This document shows positions 38,800 to 48,848 of a stretch of DNA of 64,000 nucleotides, in pieces. Location of the stretch: NCBI GenBank assembly GCA_963773945.1, contig CAVZDD010000005.1, forward strand, positions 377,077-441,076, read 5' to 3'. The translations under genes and the position numbers were made by a program. Source of the stretch: an uncultured Thermoplasmata archaeon. Its GTDB lineage: Archaea > Thermoplasmatota > Thermoplasmata > Lutacidiplasmatales > UBA184. Numbering within the stretch: position 1 is the first letter of the stretch; each line of letters opens with the position of its first letter. The notes under the pieces are model-generated. The model made no database searches, had not been told where the DNA came from, and saw nothing but the letters and a program-made list of their open reading frames with translations.

Positions 38800-39486
38800 C
38801 TAGGTAGGCGCGGGGTCAAGGTGCCCCGGTGGAGGTTTCGTCCCGTGAGCCCGGAGCCGAAGGTACGCATCGGTGTAGGCCCCCGCGAACAGGAAGTAGG
38901 CGACGAACAGAGGGGCTATCACGAAGGCCAGTGGCGCGAATGAGACGATCAGCCCCAATGGATTGGTGAAGAACTGGTGCAGCAGTTTTTGAAACTCACT
39001 CCCAACCATATAGCCGGCCAAAACCGCGACCCCGAGGGACCATGCGAAGGCGAGCCAGGAAATCACTCGTCCCACCGGGCCGACGAGGCGTTCGACCAGA
39101 ACGACCAGGCCGAGGAAGAAATTGCCGAACGCGAGCGCGACCAGACCCCCGACGATCCACGCGAGCACGGCCGGTGGACCCCCATGGCCCGGCCCCCCCT
39201 CCAACGAACCGAGGACCGCGATGATCGCTGCTGCCCCGATGAAAATCCCGAGCGCTGCCCACAGCAACCGGTGGCCCCGGCGGATGCTGTGTCGATGGGA
39301 CTCGGTCCATTCGTGGCGGCCTCGGTACATCAGGTAGAAGCCGACCCCCGTGGTGATGAGACCGAAATAGTAGAGTCCAATCCACACCTGGTGACCGCCA
39401 CTCAGGAATTGGTACACCTCCGTGCCGCCCTCTACGACAAAACCAAACACGAAAGTCTCCAACGCGATCCGGATGGCCCGGGTCAT
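38800..39486 (-). CDS. hypothetical 6-TM membrane protein
   Basis: Hydropathy profile. Confidence 0.55.
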   Translation of the reverse strand: MTRAIRIALETFVFGFVVEGGTEVYQFLSGGHQVWIGLYYFGLITTGVGFYLMYRGRHEWTESHRHSIRRGHRLLWAALGIFIGAAAIIAVLGSLEGGPGHGGPPAVLAWIVGGLVALAFGNFFLGLVVLVERLVGPVGRVISWLAFAWSLGVAVLAGYMVGSEFQKLLHQFFTNPLGLIVSFAPLAFVIAPLFVAYFLFAGAYTDAYLRLRAHGTKPPPGHLDPAPT

Positions 39487-39640
39487 CGGAGGGTCCCCCG
39501 CACGAGCGAGCAGTGGAGTCTCCGCGAAAGAGCGCGGGGGTCCCGATCGTTCAAACCGGCCGCCCTACGAACCTATATCGGGGTCGTCGTGATGGGGCCA
39601 TTGCCGAAAGGCGAGGTCGTCGAAAATGAGCTGCGGAGCC

Positions 39641-39784
39641 ATGAAAGTCGCCTGCGAGGACGGATTCGAGATCGTGACGAAGGACCAGAAAGAACTGGTT
39701 GCCATGACCCAGTGGCACGTCGAGCACTCGCACAACAAGAAGGTTAGCGAGTCCGAAGTCATGGCCATGTCCAAGCACCCCTGA
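39641..39784 (+). CDS. DUF1059-family small metal-binding protein (47 aa) missed by ORF track
   Basis: Manual translation gives MKVACEDGFEIVTKDQKELVAMTQWHVEHSHNKKVSESEVMAMSKHP* with TGA at 39782-39784. The minus-strand ORFs listed here are antisense artefacts. Confidence 0.6.
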   Translation: MKVACEDGFEIVTKDQKELVAMTQWHVEHSHNKKVSESEVMAMSKHP

Positions 39785-39865
39785 GTCCGACTCCCCCTCC
39801 CGTGGCCGGCCCGGTACGGGGCCGGCTGCCCGGGTGCGACGACTCTTGCAACAGTTTCAACTCCT

Positions 39866-41037
39866 AGTGCCGCTTCTAGCCAGGTAGTTCGACCTTCCGA
39901 CCGAAAAAGCTAGTGCCGGGGAGCGCATGCTCCCCGAGCATGGTCCGCCGGGTTCGAACGATCTCCAACGAGGAAGGTCAGAAGCTCGCCCGATTGTGCC
40001 GTCATCCGAGCGATGCCATCGAGCTCCATCGTGCGATGGTGATCCTCTCGAGCGCCCAAGGGTTCACGCCGCCCTACATCGCTCGATTGGTGGGCTACTC
40101 GCCCGACTGGGTTCGGACCCTCATTCGCGAGTTCAACCTCCACGGCTTCAAGATGCTCAAGCCGAACTGGAAGGCCGGAGGGAACTGGAAGTTCACCCAA
40201 GAACAGAAGGACCAACTGGTGGCGCTCGCCACCCGTCGACCAAGGGACCTCGGCCTCCCGTTCTCCCAGTGGTCCCTCGCCCGACTGCGGGACGAGGCGA
40301 GGAACCAGCGGATCGTCGACTCGATCTCGTTGGAGTGGCTGCGCATCGTACTGGACGAGGCGGACATGAGCCATCAGTCGATCAAGACCTGGAAGGCGTC
40401 AAAGGACCCGAAATTCGAGGAGAAACGACGGCGGATCGACCGGTTGACCCACCAGAAGCACAACCCGCCGATCGTGCTCAGCATGGACGAGATCGGCCCG
40501 ATCTCGCTCCAGCCCCATGGAGGGAAAGGATGGTTCCGCTCGGGGCACCCCGAGCGGATCCCCTCGACCTACAAGCGGCTCAAGGGCACTCGGTACCTCT
40601 ACCTCACACTGAACGTCTACCATCAGCGGCTCAGCGGTCGACTCTATCGGCACAAGGGCGGGGAACCCTGGCTCGATTACGTGCAGCGCGAGGTCGAGAA
40701 GTACCCCAAGGACCAACGGGTCTACTTGATCCAAGACAACCTGAGCGCCCACTGGACCCCCGACGTGCGGGGGTGGGCGAAGGACAATCGGGTGACGTTG
40801 GTGGCCTCGGCGACCCAAGCGAGTTGGATGAACCCCGTCGAGAGCCACGCGGGAGATCTGCAGAAGCTGGTGCTGGCGGGGTCGAACTTCGGGTCGTGGA
40901 CCGAAGTGCGGAGAGAGGTGGCGCGAGCGATCGCCTTTCGGAATCGGGAACGAGGACTACGCAAGAAGAGGTTCCGGGACACCCAGATGCGAAAGTGGAA
41001 AGTTCACCGACGACCTATCTGGAAGCGGCACTAGTTC
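39866..41037 (+). mobile_element. IS630-family insertion sequence with ~13-bp terminal inverted repeats
   Basis: Left end CTAGTGCCGCTTC (39867-39879) is the reverse complement of the right end GAAGCGGCACTAG (41025-41037). It encloses the transposase gene. Confidence 0.75.
39913..41034 (+). CDS. IS630-family DDE transposase
   Basis: N-terminal HTH (LIREFNLHGFKMLKP) and DDE_3 core (LSMDEIGP...LIQDNLSAH...NPVE). Confidence 0.85.
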   Translation: MPGSACSPSMVRRVRTISNEEGQKLARLCRHPSDAIELHRAMVILSSAQGFTPPYIARLVGYSPDWVRTLIREFNLHGFKMLKPNWKAGGNWKFTQEQKDQLVALATRRPRDLGLPFSQWSLARLRDEARNQRIVDSISLEWLRIVLDEADMSHQSIKTWKASKDPKFEEKRRRIDRLTHQKHNPPIVLSMDEIGPISLQPHGGKGWFRSGHPERIPSTYKRLKGTRYLYLTLNVYHQRLSGRLYRHKGGEPWLDYVQREVEKYPKDQRVYLIQDNLSAHWTPDVRGWAKDNRVTLVASATQASWMNPVESHAGDLQKLVLAGSNFGSWTEVRREVARAIAFRNRERGLRKKRFRDTQMRKWKVHRRPIWKRH

Positions 41038-41265
41038 CATGACACCAAGCTCTGGATGGTGCCCCGAGAAGATTCGGGACCAAGAACGTTTGCGGGTCGA
41101 GCACGGACTCGAAAGTGTCCGAAGAGTGGTATCGCGGGGCCGTCCGAGGACGCTAGATTATTCAACTTGCGCCGGGTTCCCGCGGCTGTGCCGGCCGACC
41201 CTTCTGCTATCCCCTCCGATGTACGCGGAGCCCTGGAAAGTAACGCGATCGCCTTTTTCTCACGT

Positions 41266-42027
41266 ATGGCAGGCGCCCCGAAAGGAAATCTGGAGGAAAG
41301 CGCCCAAGGAATCCGAATCTGTTCCGGTGTCCCATTCCCCATCTTCAACTGGGTTCTTCGGAACCGCTTTTCCGAATCGGAGGCGGACGAGCAGATCAGC
41401 GCCACGATTCACCACTTCCGCGCACGCGGGCTACCATTCTACTGGGGGATTTTCCCGGATGATCGACCTCGAAACCTAAGAGAGAGGTTGCTGGCCGCGG
41501 GGTTCGAGGCGGAAGAGGCGCCGGCCATGGCGATAGAGCTCGACCGCCCTCCGACCCCTCCGCCGCGGAAGGGTCTCTCGATTGAACCCGTGCGGACCAT
41601 GGAACAAGTTCGGGTGTTCGCCGAGACGCTCAACGCCGGCGACTTCCAAGCGGCCCCCGAAGTCGCCGAGACCATACCCGATGTCTTGCGGCCGTCTCTC
41701 TCCTCGGGGAGTGCCGAACCGCACCTGCGTTGCTTCGTGGGTTACCATGATGGCAAGCCCGTCGCGACTTCCGCCCGGTTCCTCAGCGGCGGGGTGGTCG
41801 GGATCTACGGGATCGCCACCGTTCCGGCCGCCCGCCGTCGAGGTTTCGGAATGTCGATGACCCTGGCCGCGCTCGAGGACGGGCGAACTCTGGGGTACCG
41901 ATCCGGTGTTCTCACAGCCACGACGATGGGAGAGCCCCTGTACCGTCATCTCGGCTTCCGCGAATTGTATCGTCTGACCCAGATCGTCGTGCCGGCCACA
42001 AACGAACCGCCCCAAGCACACGCCTAA
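41266..42027 (+). CDS. GNAT-family acetyltransferase
   Basis: Acetyl-CoA motif RRRGFGMSMT. The ORF opens at 41056, only 19 nt after the IS end, so the native N-terminus or promoter may have been displaced by the insertion. Confidence 0.65.
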   Translation: MAGAPKGNLEESAQGIRICSGVPFPIFNWVLRNRFSESEADEQISATIHHFRARGLPFYWGIFPDDRPRNLRERLLAAGFEAEEAPAMAIELDRPPTPPPRKGLSIEPVRTMEQVRVFAETLNAGDFQAAPEVAETIPDVLRPSLSSGSAEPHLRCFVGYHDGKPVATSARFLSGGVVGIYGIATVPAARRRGFGMSMTLAALEDGRTLGYRSGVLTATTMGEPLYRHLGFRELYRLTQIVVPATNEPPQAHA

Positions 42028-42051
42028 GCAGGCCTCGGACGGGGGAGATCA

Positions 42052-42720
42052 ATGCCCGAGATGAATCGCGTCGCGCGCTTCTTCGTGAACAACTTCACGG
42101 GGCGCATCAACCTGCGTCGATATCGATGGCTGACTGCGAACCTTCGCCTGCCCTCGCACGCGAGCTGTTTGGAGATCGGGTGCGGAAACGGGGACTTGGC
42201 GGCCCGGATTATCGATGGCCTCTCTCCGGCGCGCTATGTGGCAACCGACCTCGACCCTCAACAGATCCAAGCCGCGCGTCGACACCTCGCCCGTCGCTAC
42301 GCCAACGGGCTCCCACCCACCCTCGAGCTCCGGACGGCCAACATGCTCGAGCTCCCGTTCCCGCCGGCTTCGTTTGACGCTGTGTTGGCGTTTGTGGTGA
42401 TCCACCATGCGAGTTCGGAGCATCGGGACTTTACGAACGTCCCCCGGGCATTGTCCGAGGTCAGCCGCGTGCTTCGGCCCGGCGGAAGCCTCGTCTACGA
42501 GGAGTTTCTCCACAAGGATCGGATACGCACGTGGCTCACCGAGCGCGGCTACGTTCTGGCGGCGGTGGAACACCACCGGGCTCGAGAAACGGTGGTGGCA
42601 ATCAAACCGGCCGCGAATTCTGGATCCGTTAGCGGGAACCCATCAGCCGGCGCTTGGCGATCCTCGCGGGGAAAATTGTCGATACCCGACGGGGGTAGAC
42701 ATCCCGGGGCTTCCGAAGCA
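42052..42720 (+). CDS. class I SAM-dependent methyltransferase (3' end uncertain)
   Basis: LEIGCGNGDLA motif I, DAVLAFVVIHH and VLRPGGSLVY. The ORF reads on without a stop to 43155 across the convergent HxlR gene, so the true 3' end is probably near 42.7 kb or there is a frameshift. Confidence 0.5.
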
Positions 42721-43128
42721 CTACGCGCGGCCGACGATCGAGACCGACGAGACGACGGTGAGCGTGTTGTGGCTCGCCCACACATCCATCTCGCGGAACA
42801 GCTGACCGAGCTCCCGGGCCTTCAGCGTCGCCTCGTACTCCACGCGGGGAGGAATCTCGGAGTACCGATGGCGCACCAGGAGCCCTGCCTCTACGAGGGC
42901 CTTCAGTCGGTGCGAGAGGGTACGGGGGGAAAGGTCCAGATCGCGCTGGAGCTTGCCGAACCGGATGGGTTGAGCGGATTCGTTGAGGAAGGCATGGAGG
43001 ACCTGCAGCATGTGGGGCTGACCCAACATGGCGAAGAGCGATCCCACCGGACACCCCCCCGCGTCGCGCGGGCCTGCCGCTGTGGGAGCAGACTTTGGAG
43101 CCCCGACCTTGGATCCTGCCATCGTCAC
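42721..43128 (-). CDS. HxlR-family winged-helix transcriptional regulator
   Basis: CPVGSLFAMLGQPHMLQVL...RFGKLQRDL...SPRTLSHRLKALVEAGLL...PPRVEYEAT. Confidence 0.85.
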   Translation of the reverse strand: MTMAGSKVGAPKSAPTAAGPRDAGGCPVGSLFAMLGQPHMLQVLHAFLNESAQPIRFGKLQRDLDLSPRTLSHRLKALVEAGLLVRHRYSEIPPRVEYEATLKARELGQLFREMDVWASHNTLTVVSSVSIVGRA

Positions 43129-43239
43129 GCATGCCTATCTAATGGAAAGCAATAAAGGTTCGCACAGGTAATATTCGAAAGCCCTGATGGACCAAGCGGC
43201 CGTTTGTGCGCGGTGGGCGTGACATCACTTCACATATGC

Positions 43240-43270
43240 AATCATAAATACTATTGAATATATAGTATAG
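43240..43270 (+). promoter_or_regulatory. AT-rich TATA-type promoter between hxlR and LUD gene
   Basis: CATAAATACTATTGAATATATAGTATAG lies directly upstream of the GTG/ATG at 43271/43274. It is the only strongly AT-rich stretch nearby. Confidence 0.4.
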
Positions 43271-43960
43271 GTGATGTCCGAATCCGAGTCCCTCCCAACG
43301 CCGGGCCTGCCGACCGCGTCTAACCAACCCGCGGAAGCGTCGCTCTCCGAGAGGTACGAGCTACTCCCGGACTCTTCGTGTATCGACGCCACCGCGCGAA
43401 ATCTCGAGGCCAATGGAATGCACACGATCGTCGTCTCCTCAGGGCAGGAGGCCCGAGCAGCGGTGGAGAAACTCCTTCCGGAAGGAGCCGAGGTCTTCGA
43501 TTCTACCTCGATCACCCTGCAGGAGACCGGAATCGCCCGATTGATTCAGGATTCCGGCCGCTACCATGCGGTCCGCCCCACGCTCGTCCAGTTGGGCGCC
43601 GAAGGCAAGAAGGCGGAACAGCGTCGATTGGGGTCGGCCCCGGAGTACATCGTTGGAAGCGTCCACGCGGTCACCGAGAAGGGGCAGGTGGTAGTCGCCT
43701 CGGGCTCGGGAAGCCAACTAGGCCCCTACGCGCACGGCGCGGAGCATGTCATCTGGGTCGTGGGGACGCAGAAGATCGTTTCCGACCTCGACCAGGCCTT
43801 CGACCGGATCTACTGGTACACGCTTCCGAAGGAGAGCGAGCGCGCCCGGAAGGCCTACGGGGTGCCGGGCAGCTTCGTATCCAAGATGCTGATCGTGAAC
43901 CGCGAGTTCCAGCCGGGGCGCATCACGGTCGTTCTCGTGAACGAACGCCTCGGGTTCTGA
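43271..43960 (+). CDS. LUD-domain (LutC/YkgG-like) protein
   Basis: DUF162/LUD fold blocks (VVASGSGSQLGPYAHGAEHVIWVVGTQKIV). It is divergent from the HxlR regulator. Confidence 0.75.
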   Translation: MMSESESLPTPGLPTASNQPAEASLSERYELLPDSSCIDATARNLEANGMHTIVVSSGQEARAAVEKLLPEGAEVFDSTSITLQETGIARLIQDSGRYHAVRPTLVQLGAEGKKAEQRRLGSAPEYIVGSVHAVTEKGQVVVASGSGSQLGPYAHGAEHVIWVVGTQKIVSDLDQAFDRIYWYTLPKESERARKAYGVPGSFVSKMLIVNREFQPGRITVVLVNERLGF

Positions 43961-43987
43961 GGTCGTCGAGCCGAGCCGACGCTCGAA

Positions 43988-45109
43988 TCAGCTGTAGGTC
44001 GCTGCCGCGCCGGGGGGAGGAGACATTCTCCCCAACGGCGCGGACGTCGGGAACTTTCGATACAGGTGGCGGAAGAGGAGGATAGCGAGCAGGTCCGCCA
44101 CGAGAACGAAGGGGACCAAGATCTGAGCCGCGGCTCCGATGACGATCAGCGGAAGGATGAGCCCAAACGCAAAGGTGATCAATTGTCGTTCATGCCCGAC
44201 AGTTCCAGAGTTCCGAAGGACCCACCAGAGGTAGACTCCGCAGTAGGCCGGGATGGACAGGGCGACCAGAATGGGCGGCACGTGCGTGTTCTCTAGAACG
44301 TTGACCATGAGGATGGTGCCGAGGTAGAACAGGCTCCCTACGATTCCAAAGGCAAGCGGTCCCCTCGTGGGGGGACCCGGGCGCGGGTGGAGCAGATTCT
44401 TGGGAAGCAGGTAGGCCAGGAGGCAGATTCCCGCCACGGCAAGGAGGGCGCCCAGCAGCACCCCGTCCCCCATCCAATAGCCGATGAGCCGACTGACGAA
44501 GATGACCAGAATCGTGATGTCGACGGTGGGGATCGCACCCACGGTCAGTGTTCCCCGGTTCGAAAGCAGGCTCTTCCCCCGGAGCTCCGGGAAAACGTAC
44601 GCGAAGAGGAGGAGGGGGATTCCGATACTGAAGACCATGTGGATTAGCATGACCTCGGGAACCCAGACCCAGTTCACTCCGAGAAAGTGACCGTAGTTTC
44701 CGGCCGCCCCGAAGGGGGTGGTCTTGGGGCTGAACATCGTGCTGAGACCGATCCCTTCCTCCACGATCGCGTAGGCCGCCGCCAACGCGAGCACGGTCGC
44801 CCAGCCCTTGTTCCATCGAACCTGGGCTTCCCGGATAAGAAGAACCCCGGGAACGTACATCCCCAGATTGAAGAGCAAGCCCAAGACGAACCACCCAGGG
44901 TTCAGGAGGATGTTCGCGAAGGCGCTGGATCCGGAGAGATACTCCGGAATCCCCGGGGTGAGCAGCGCGAGGAAGAGAATCGGATGGGCCCGCAAATAGC
45001 GTCCGACCCGTGCCAGGATCCCGTTTCGTCGCGGAGTCGGAGGCGGAGGGGGCTCGATCATCAGCGGTTCACGGTATGAAATCGCCTGGGGGCGTATTTG
45101 AACCCTCAC
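43988..45109 (-). CDS. hypothetical polytopic membrane protein (~8 TM)
   Basis: Hydropathy; start uncertain. Confidence 0.55.
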   Translation of the reverse strand: MRVQIRPQAISYREPLMIEPPPPPTPRRNGILARVGRYLRAHPILFLALLTPGIPEYLSGSSAFANILLNPGWFVLGLLFNLGMYVPGVLLIREAQVRWNKGWATVLALAAAYAIVEEGIGLSTMFSPKTTPFGAAGNYGHFLGVNWVWVPEVMLIHMVFSIGIPLLLFAYVFPELRGKSLLSNRGTLTVGAIPTVDITILVIFVSRLIGYWMGDGVLLGALLAVAGICLLAYLLPKNLLHPRPGPPTRGPLAFGIVGSLFYLGTILMVNVLENTHVPPILVALSIPAYCGVYLWWVLRNSGTVGHERQLITFAFGLILPLIVIGAAAQILVPFVLVADLLAILLFRHLYRKFPTSAPLGRMSPPPGAAATYS

Positions 45110-45195
45110 GGAGAAGTCCGTGCCCCGGTGAGGTTCTACGCCGCCTTCCGATGGGGGCCAGCGGGGCTTAATCTAACGGGAGGGATTCGCGGACC

Positions 45196-47150
45196 GTGGC
45201 TTCGAACCGTCGCCTCGCCGCGGTCATGTTCCTGGATATGGTGGGGTACACCGCGGCGACTCAGGCCGATGAGGCCCGGACCCTGGTCCTCTTGGAGGAA
45301 CAAGAGGAGCTTCTTCGTCCGGCGTTGTTGTTGTACAAGGTCGAGAAGTCAAGTCGACCGGCGATGGATTTCTCGTGGAGTTCGACAGCGCACTCAAGGC
45401 GACCCAGTGCGCCGTTGAGATCCAGCGCCGAATCCACGAACGCAACGCAAAGAAGGACGCCTCCCCCCTCCGTTTGCGCATCGGAATCCATCTGGGCGAC
45501 GTGGAGCAACGGGGCAGCGATATTTTCGGAGACGCCGTAAATATTGCGTCCCGGATTCAACCCGTGGCCGAGCCCGGTGGAATCTGCATTTCCAACGCAG
45601 TGCAGGAACAGGTTCGGAACAAGATTTCCGACCGACTGGAAAGGCTGCCGCCTGCGAAGCTCAAGGGTCTCGAGGGACCGGTGGAACTCTACCGGGTCGT
45701 ACTGCCCTGGGAGGTCTCGGTCTCCCCGGCGCCGGGTTCGCAACGGGCCCGGCTCGCGGTCCTCCCGTTGGCCAACATCAGCCCCGACCCCAAGGACGAG
45801 TACTTCGCGGATGGTCTCACGGAGGAGCTGATCACGGTGCTCTCCAAGATTCGGGAGCTCCGGGTCATCGCCCGAACCTCGGTGAGCCAGTACAAGGGCA
45901 GTTCAAAGTCCGTCTCCCAGATCGGGGCCGAACTCGGGGTCGCCTCCGTCCTGGAGGGCAGTGTGCGCAAGGCCGGCAATCAGTTACGCATTACGCTGCA
46001 ACTCATTGACGTGGCCACCGAGGAGCACACGTGGGCCGAGAGCTACGACCGGGAGCTCGCCAATGTATTCGCCATCCAGGGGGAGATTGCCGAGAAGACC
46101 GCCGGGGCTCTTCGGGTGGAGCTGCTGGGCCCCGACCGGGAATCCATCCGCAAGCGGCCCACCTCCAACCTCACTGCGTACAATCTCTACCTGAAGGGGC
46201 TGCACGCCGGGCATGGGGCGTCCTACGAATTCTATGCCGAGGCCATCAAGTTCTTCGAGGAGGCGATACAAAAGGATCCGAGTTTCGGGGTGGTCCACGC
46301 CGTTCTCGCGAACGAGTACATCAGTCTGGCCGGGGAAACGGTCGCCCCGAACGAGGCTTTTCCCCGCGCCCGGGAGCTTATCGCGAAGGCGCTCGAGCTG
46401 GACCCGAACTCCTCGGAAGCTCACTTGGCGCGGGCCAACCTCGCCATGCAAGACGACTTCAACTGGGCCGTCGCCGAGATGGAGTTCGAGCGCGCCATCG
46501 CGCTGAACCCGAGCAGCGCGCAGGCCCATTTCTGGTACGCGATGCTCCTCCGGATCCTCCAGAGATATGACGAGGCGATCGACGAGCTCCGAACCGCGTC
46601 CGAGCTGGACCCCTTGTGGAAACTTCTGGAGTCGTCGCTGGGAGAAACGTACGTCCGATCGGGAGATTTCGCGACGGCGTTGAGCCTGGCCGAAGAACAA
46701 CGGGACCGAGATCCCGGTGACGCCGACCCGCATTTGCTCCTGGGCTTCATCTACTTGCGCGCGGGTCGGCGACCCGAGGCCCAGCGGGAGGCGGAACTCG
46801 CGGTCGGGCCCCTCGACCTCGGGGACCGGAGACGCCGCGCCGCCCTCTGGGCCCTGCTGGGGAAGCCCGACGAAGCGCGGAAAATCGTTGCGGAGATGCA
46901 GGACCCCGCGCGAGGGCAATATGCCAGTCCTTGGCAGCTCGCCGCCCTCCTCTCGAGCATGGGGGAGAAGGAGGCCGCGCTCGCGGTGCTGGAACGCGAC
47001 GAGCGGGAGGGTGGCAAGGGGGGCCTCTGGTTCCACTCCGGGGAGGTCGCGTTCGACCCGATTCGACGGGATCCTCGCTTTCAGTCGTTGCTGAGGAATC
47101 TCAACCTTCCCGGGGACGAGAAAGGCTCCGCCTCCGCGGGCGCCAAGTGA
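45196..47150 (+). pseudogene. second adenylate/guanylate cyclase-TolB-N-TPR gene, frameshifted in a GTT repeat
   Basis: ORF 45196..45540 encodes the cyclase N-terminus (MASNRRLAAVMFLDMVGYTAAT...). The paralogous sequence then continues in the +1 frame (GREVKSTGDGFLVEFDSALKATQCAVEIQRR...). The switch falls in gcgttgttgttgtac, around 45318-45336. Confidence 0.7.
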
Positions 47151-47263
47151 GCGACGGCAGGGTGCAACGACGAATGCACCTTTGGCTTTCCCGCGTCGTG
47201 GGTGCCGGCCGTTGCTCCCGCGGAAGGTAGATAGTCAGGATGGTGTAACACGCGGGGTTCCGC

Positions 47264-47617
47264 TTGCAGCTCCAAGCCGGCGAGATCATCCTCGCGCAAC
47301 AGCCGACAGCGTTGTACTCTCAATTTGGACGGCCCTCCGGTCTCCTGGTCTTGACCAACGTTCGGCTCACGTTCGAGGTGTATTCGGCCGGGTACCTCCT
47401 TCCCTCTGTAGACCTGGGGCTGGACAAGCTCCTCAACGCCTACCCGATGCCCACCCAGGGGGACCTGATCATCGATTCTAAGACTCTGCTCACGGTGGAC
47501 ACGACCCAGGGCCGGTTACAGTTCGATCTTATGAACGCCCCCCAGTGGGCCCAATTGATCCTTCAGGCTCGTGCGAGCGTCCCTCCGCCACCCCCGCCCC
47601 CGCCGCCTCCGGTCTAA
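47264..47617 (+). CDS. hypothetical bacterial-PH-like domain protein with C-terminal poly-Pro tail
   Basis: 117 aa ending in PPPPPPPPPPPV. Confidence 0.45.
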   Translation: MQLQAGEIILAQQPTALYSQFGRPSGLLVLTNVRLTFEVYSAGYLLPSVDLGLDKLLNAYPMPTQGDLIIDSKTLLTVDTTQGRLQFDLMNAPQWAQLILQARASVPPPPPPPPPPV

Positions 47618-47681
47618 CGCCCGGAGGGGCACAATCTCTACCCTTAATCTAAAGGAACGGGTACCGTCTTTGGGTGCGATC

Positions 47682-48740
47682 ATGGCAGTTGATCCGGAGA
47701 AGTTGAATGCGTTCATGGGGAAGTTCGTCCAGGATCTTGGAGCGAATTTTCACGGGCCTTCTGTATTGATCGGGGAGCAGCTCGGGCTCTACAAAGCCCT
47801 CGCGGCCGCGGGACCCTCCACCTCGGCCCAGCTCGCGGAGCGCACGGGGGTGGGGGAGCGGTACCTTCGGGAGTGGCTGGCCGCCCAGGCCGCTTCGGGC
47901 TATGTGGAGTACGACCCGACCACCCACCAATTCTCGATGACGCCCGAGCAGAAGTTCGCGTTGACCGATGAGGAGAGTCCGGCCTACATTCCTGGGGCGT
48001 TCTACAGCGCCGCCTCCCTCTACAAAGACCAGCGGAAGATTGCGGACGCGGTTCGGGCCGGCAATGGCCTCGGATGGCACGAGCACCACAACGACCTGTT
48101 CGTCGGGACCCGAAAATTCTTCCGGCCCGGTTACCTGGCGAACCTCGTCAGTGCCTGGCTACCCGCTCTAGAAGACGTCGTGCCGAAGCTGAAGGCGGGC
48201 GCGCAAGTGGCCGACGTGGGATGCGGCCTCGGAGCCTCCACGATCATCATGGCCAAGGCCTTCCCCAAATCGAAGTTCCTGGGGTTCGACTACCATCTCG
48301 AGTCGATCGAATGGGCCCGGAACGACGCCGTGTCCCAAGGGGTGACTCAAAACGCCGATTTCGAATTCGCGACCGCGAAGAGTTTCCGGGGCCAGGACTA
48401 CGATCTCGTGACGTTCTTCGATTGCCTGCACGACATGGGGGACCCGGTAGGGGCGGTGGAGCATGTGCGGAAGTCCCTCAAACCCGATGGCACGCTGATG
48501 GCGGTCGAGCCATTCGCCCACGAGCACCTGGAAGAGAATCTCAACCCCGTGGGCCGCGTCTTCTACAGCGCATCGATGCTGATCTGCGTTCCGTGTTCCC
48601 TCTCGCAAGAGGTGGGGAAGGGCCTGGGAGCCCAGGCCAGCGACTCGAGTCTTTTCGAGGTGTTCCGGGCCGGAGGGTTCACCCGGGTGCGCAAGCCGGT
48701 CGAAACGCCGTTCAACCGGGTCTTCGAGGCGCGACCGTAG
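47682..48740 (+). CDS. SAM-dependent O-methyltransferase-like protein with N-terminal winged-helix/dimerisation domain
   Basis: ATG at 47682 verified in frame. VADVGCGLGASTI motif I, DLVTFFDCLHDM and LKPDGTLM. Confidence 0.75.
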   Translation: MAVDPEKLNAFMGKFVQDLGANFHGPSVLIGEQLGLYKALAAAGPSTSAQLAERTGVGERYLREWLAAQAASGYVEYDPTTHQFSMTPEQKFALTDEESPAYIPGAFYSAASLYKDQRKIADAVRAGNGLGWHEHHNDLFVGTRKFFRPGYLANLVSAWLPALEDVVPKLKAGAQVADVGCGLGASTIIMAKAFPKSKFLGFDYHLESIEWARNDAVSQGVTQNADFEFATAKSFRGQDYDLVTFFDCLHDMGDPVGAVEHVRKSLKPDGTLMAVEPFAHEHLEENLNPVGRVFYSASMLICVPCSLSQEVGKGLGAQASDSSLFEVFRAGGFTRVRKPVETPFNRVFEARP

Positions 48741-48848
48741 GGCCCCAATCGGTCGTTGAGCCGTGGAACGCCCCCGGAAAGGAATCCGTCAACGGCAGCT
48801 AGCAAAGGACCGTGCCGGCGGTGCCGGATCGGGGGGGGTCGACCGATA

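Noticed and set aside
39551-39778. Two minus-strand ORFs (75 and 69 aa)
   Set aside because: They are antisense to a clear DUF1059 small gene on the + strand.
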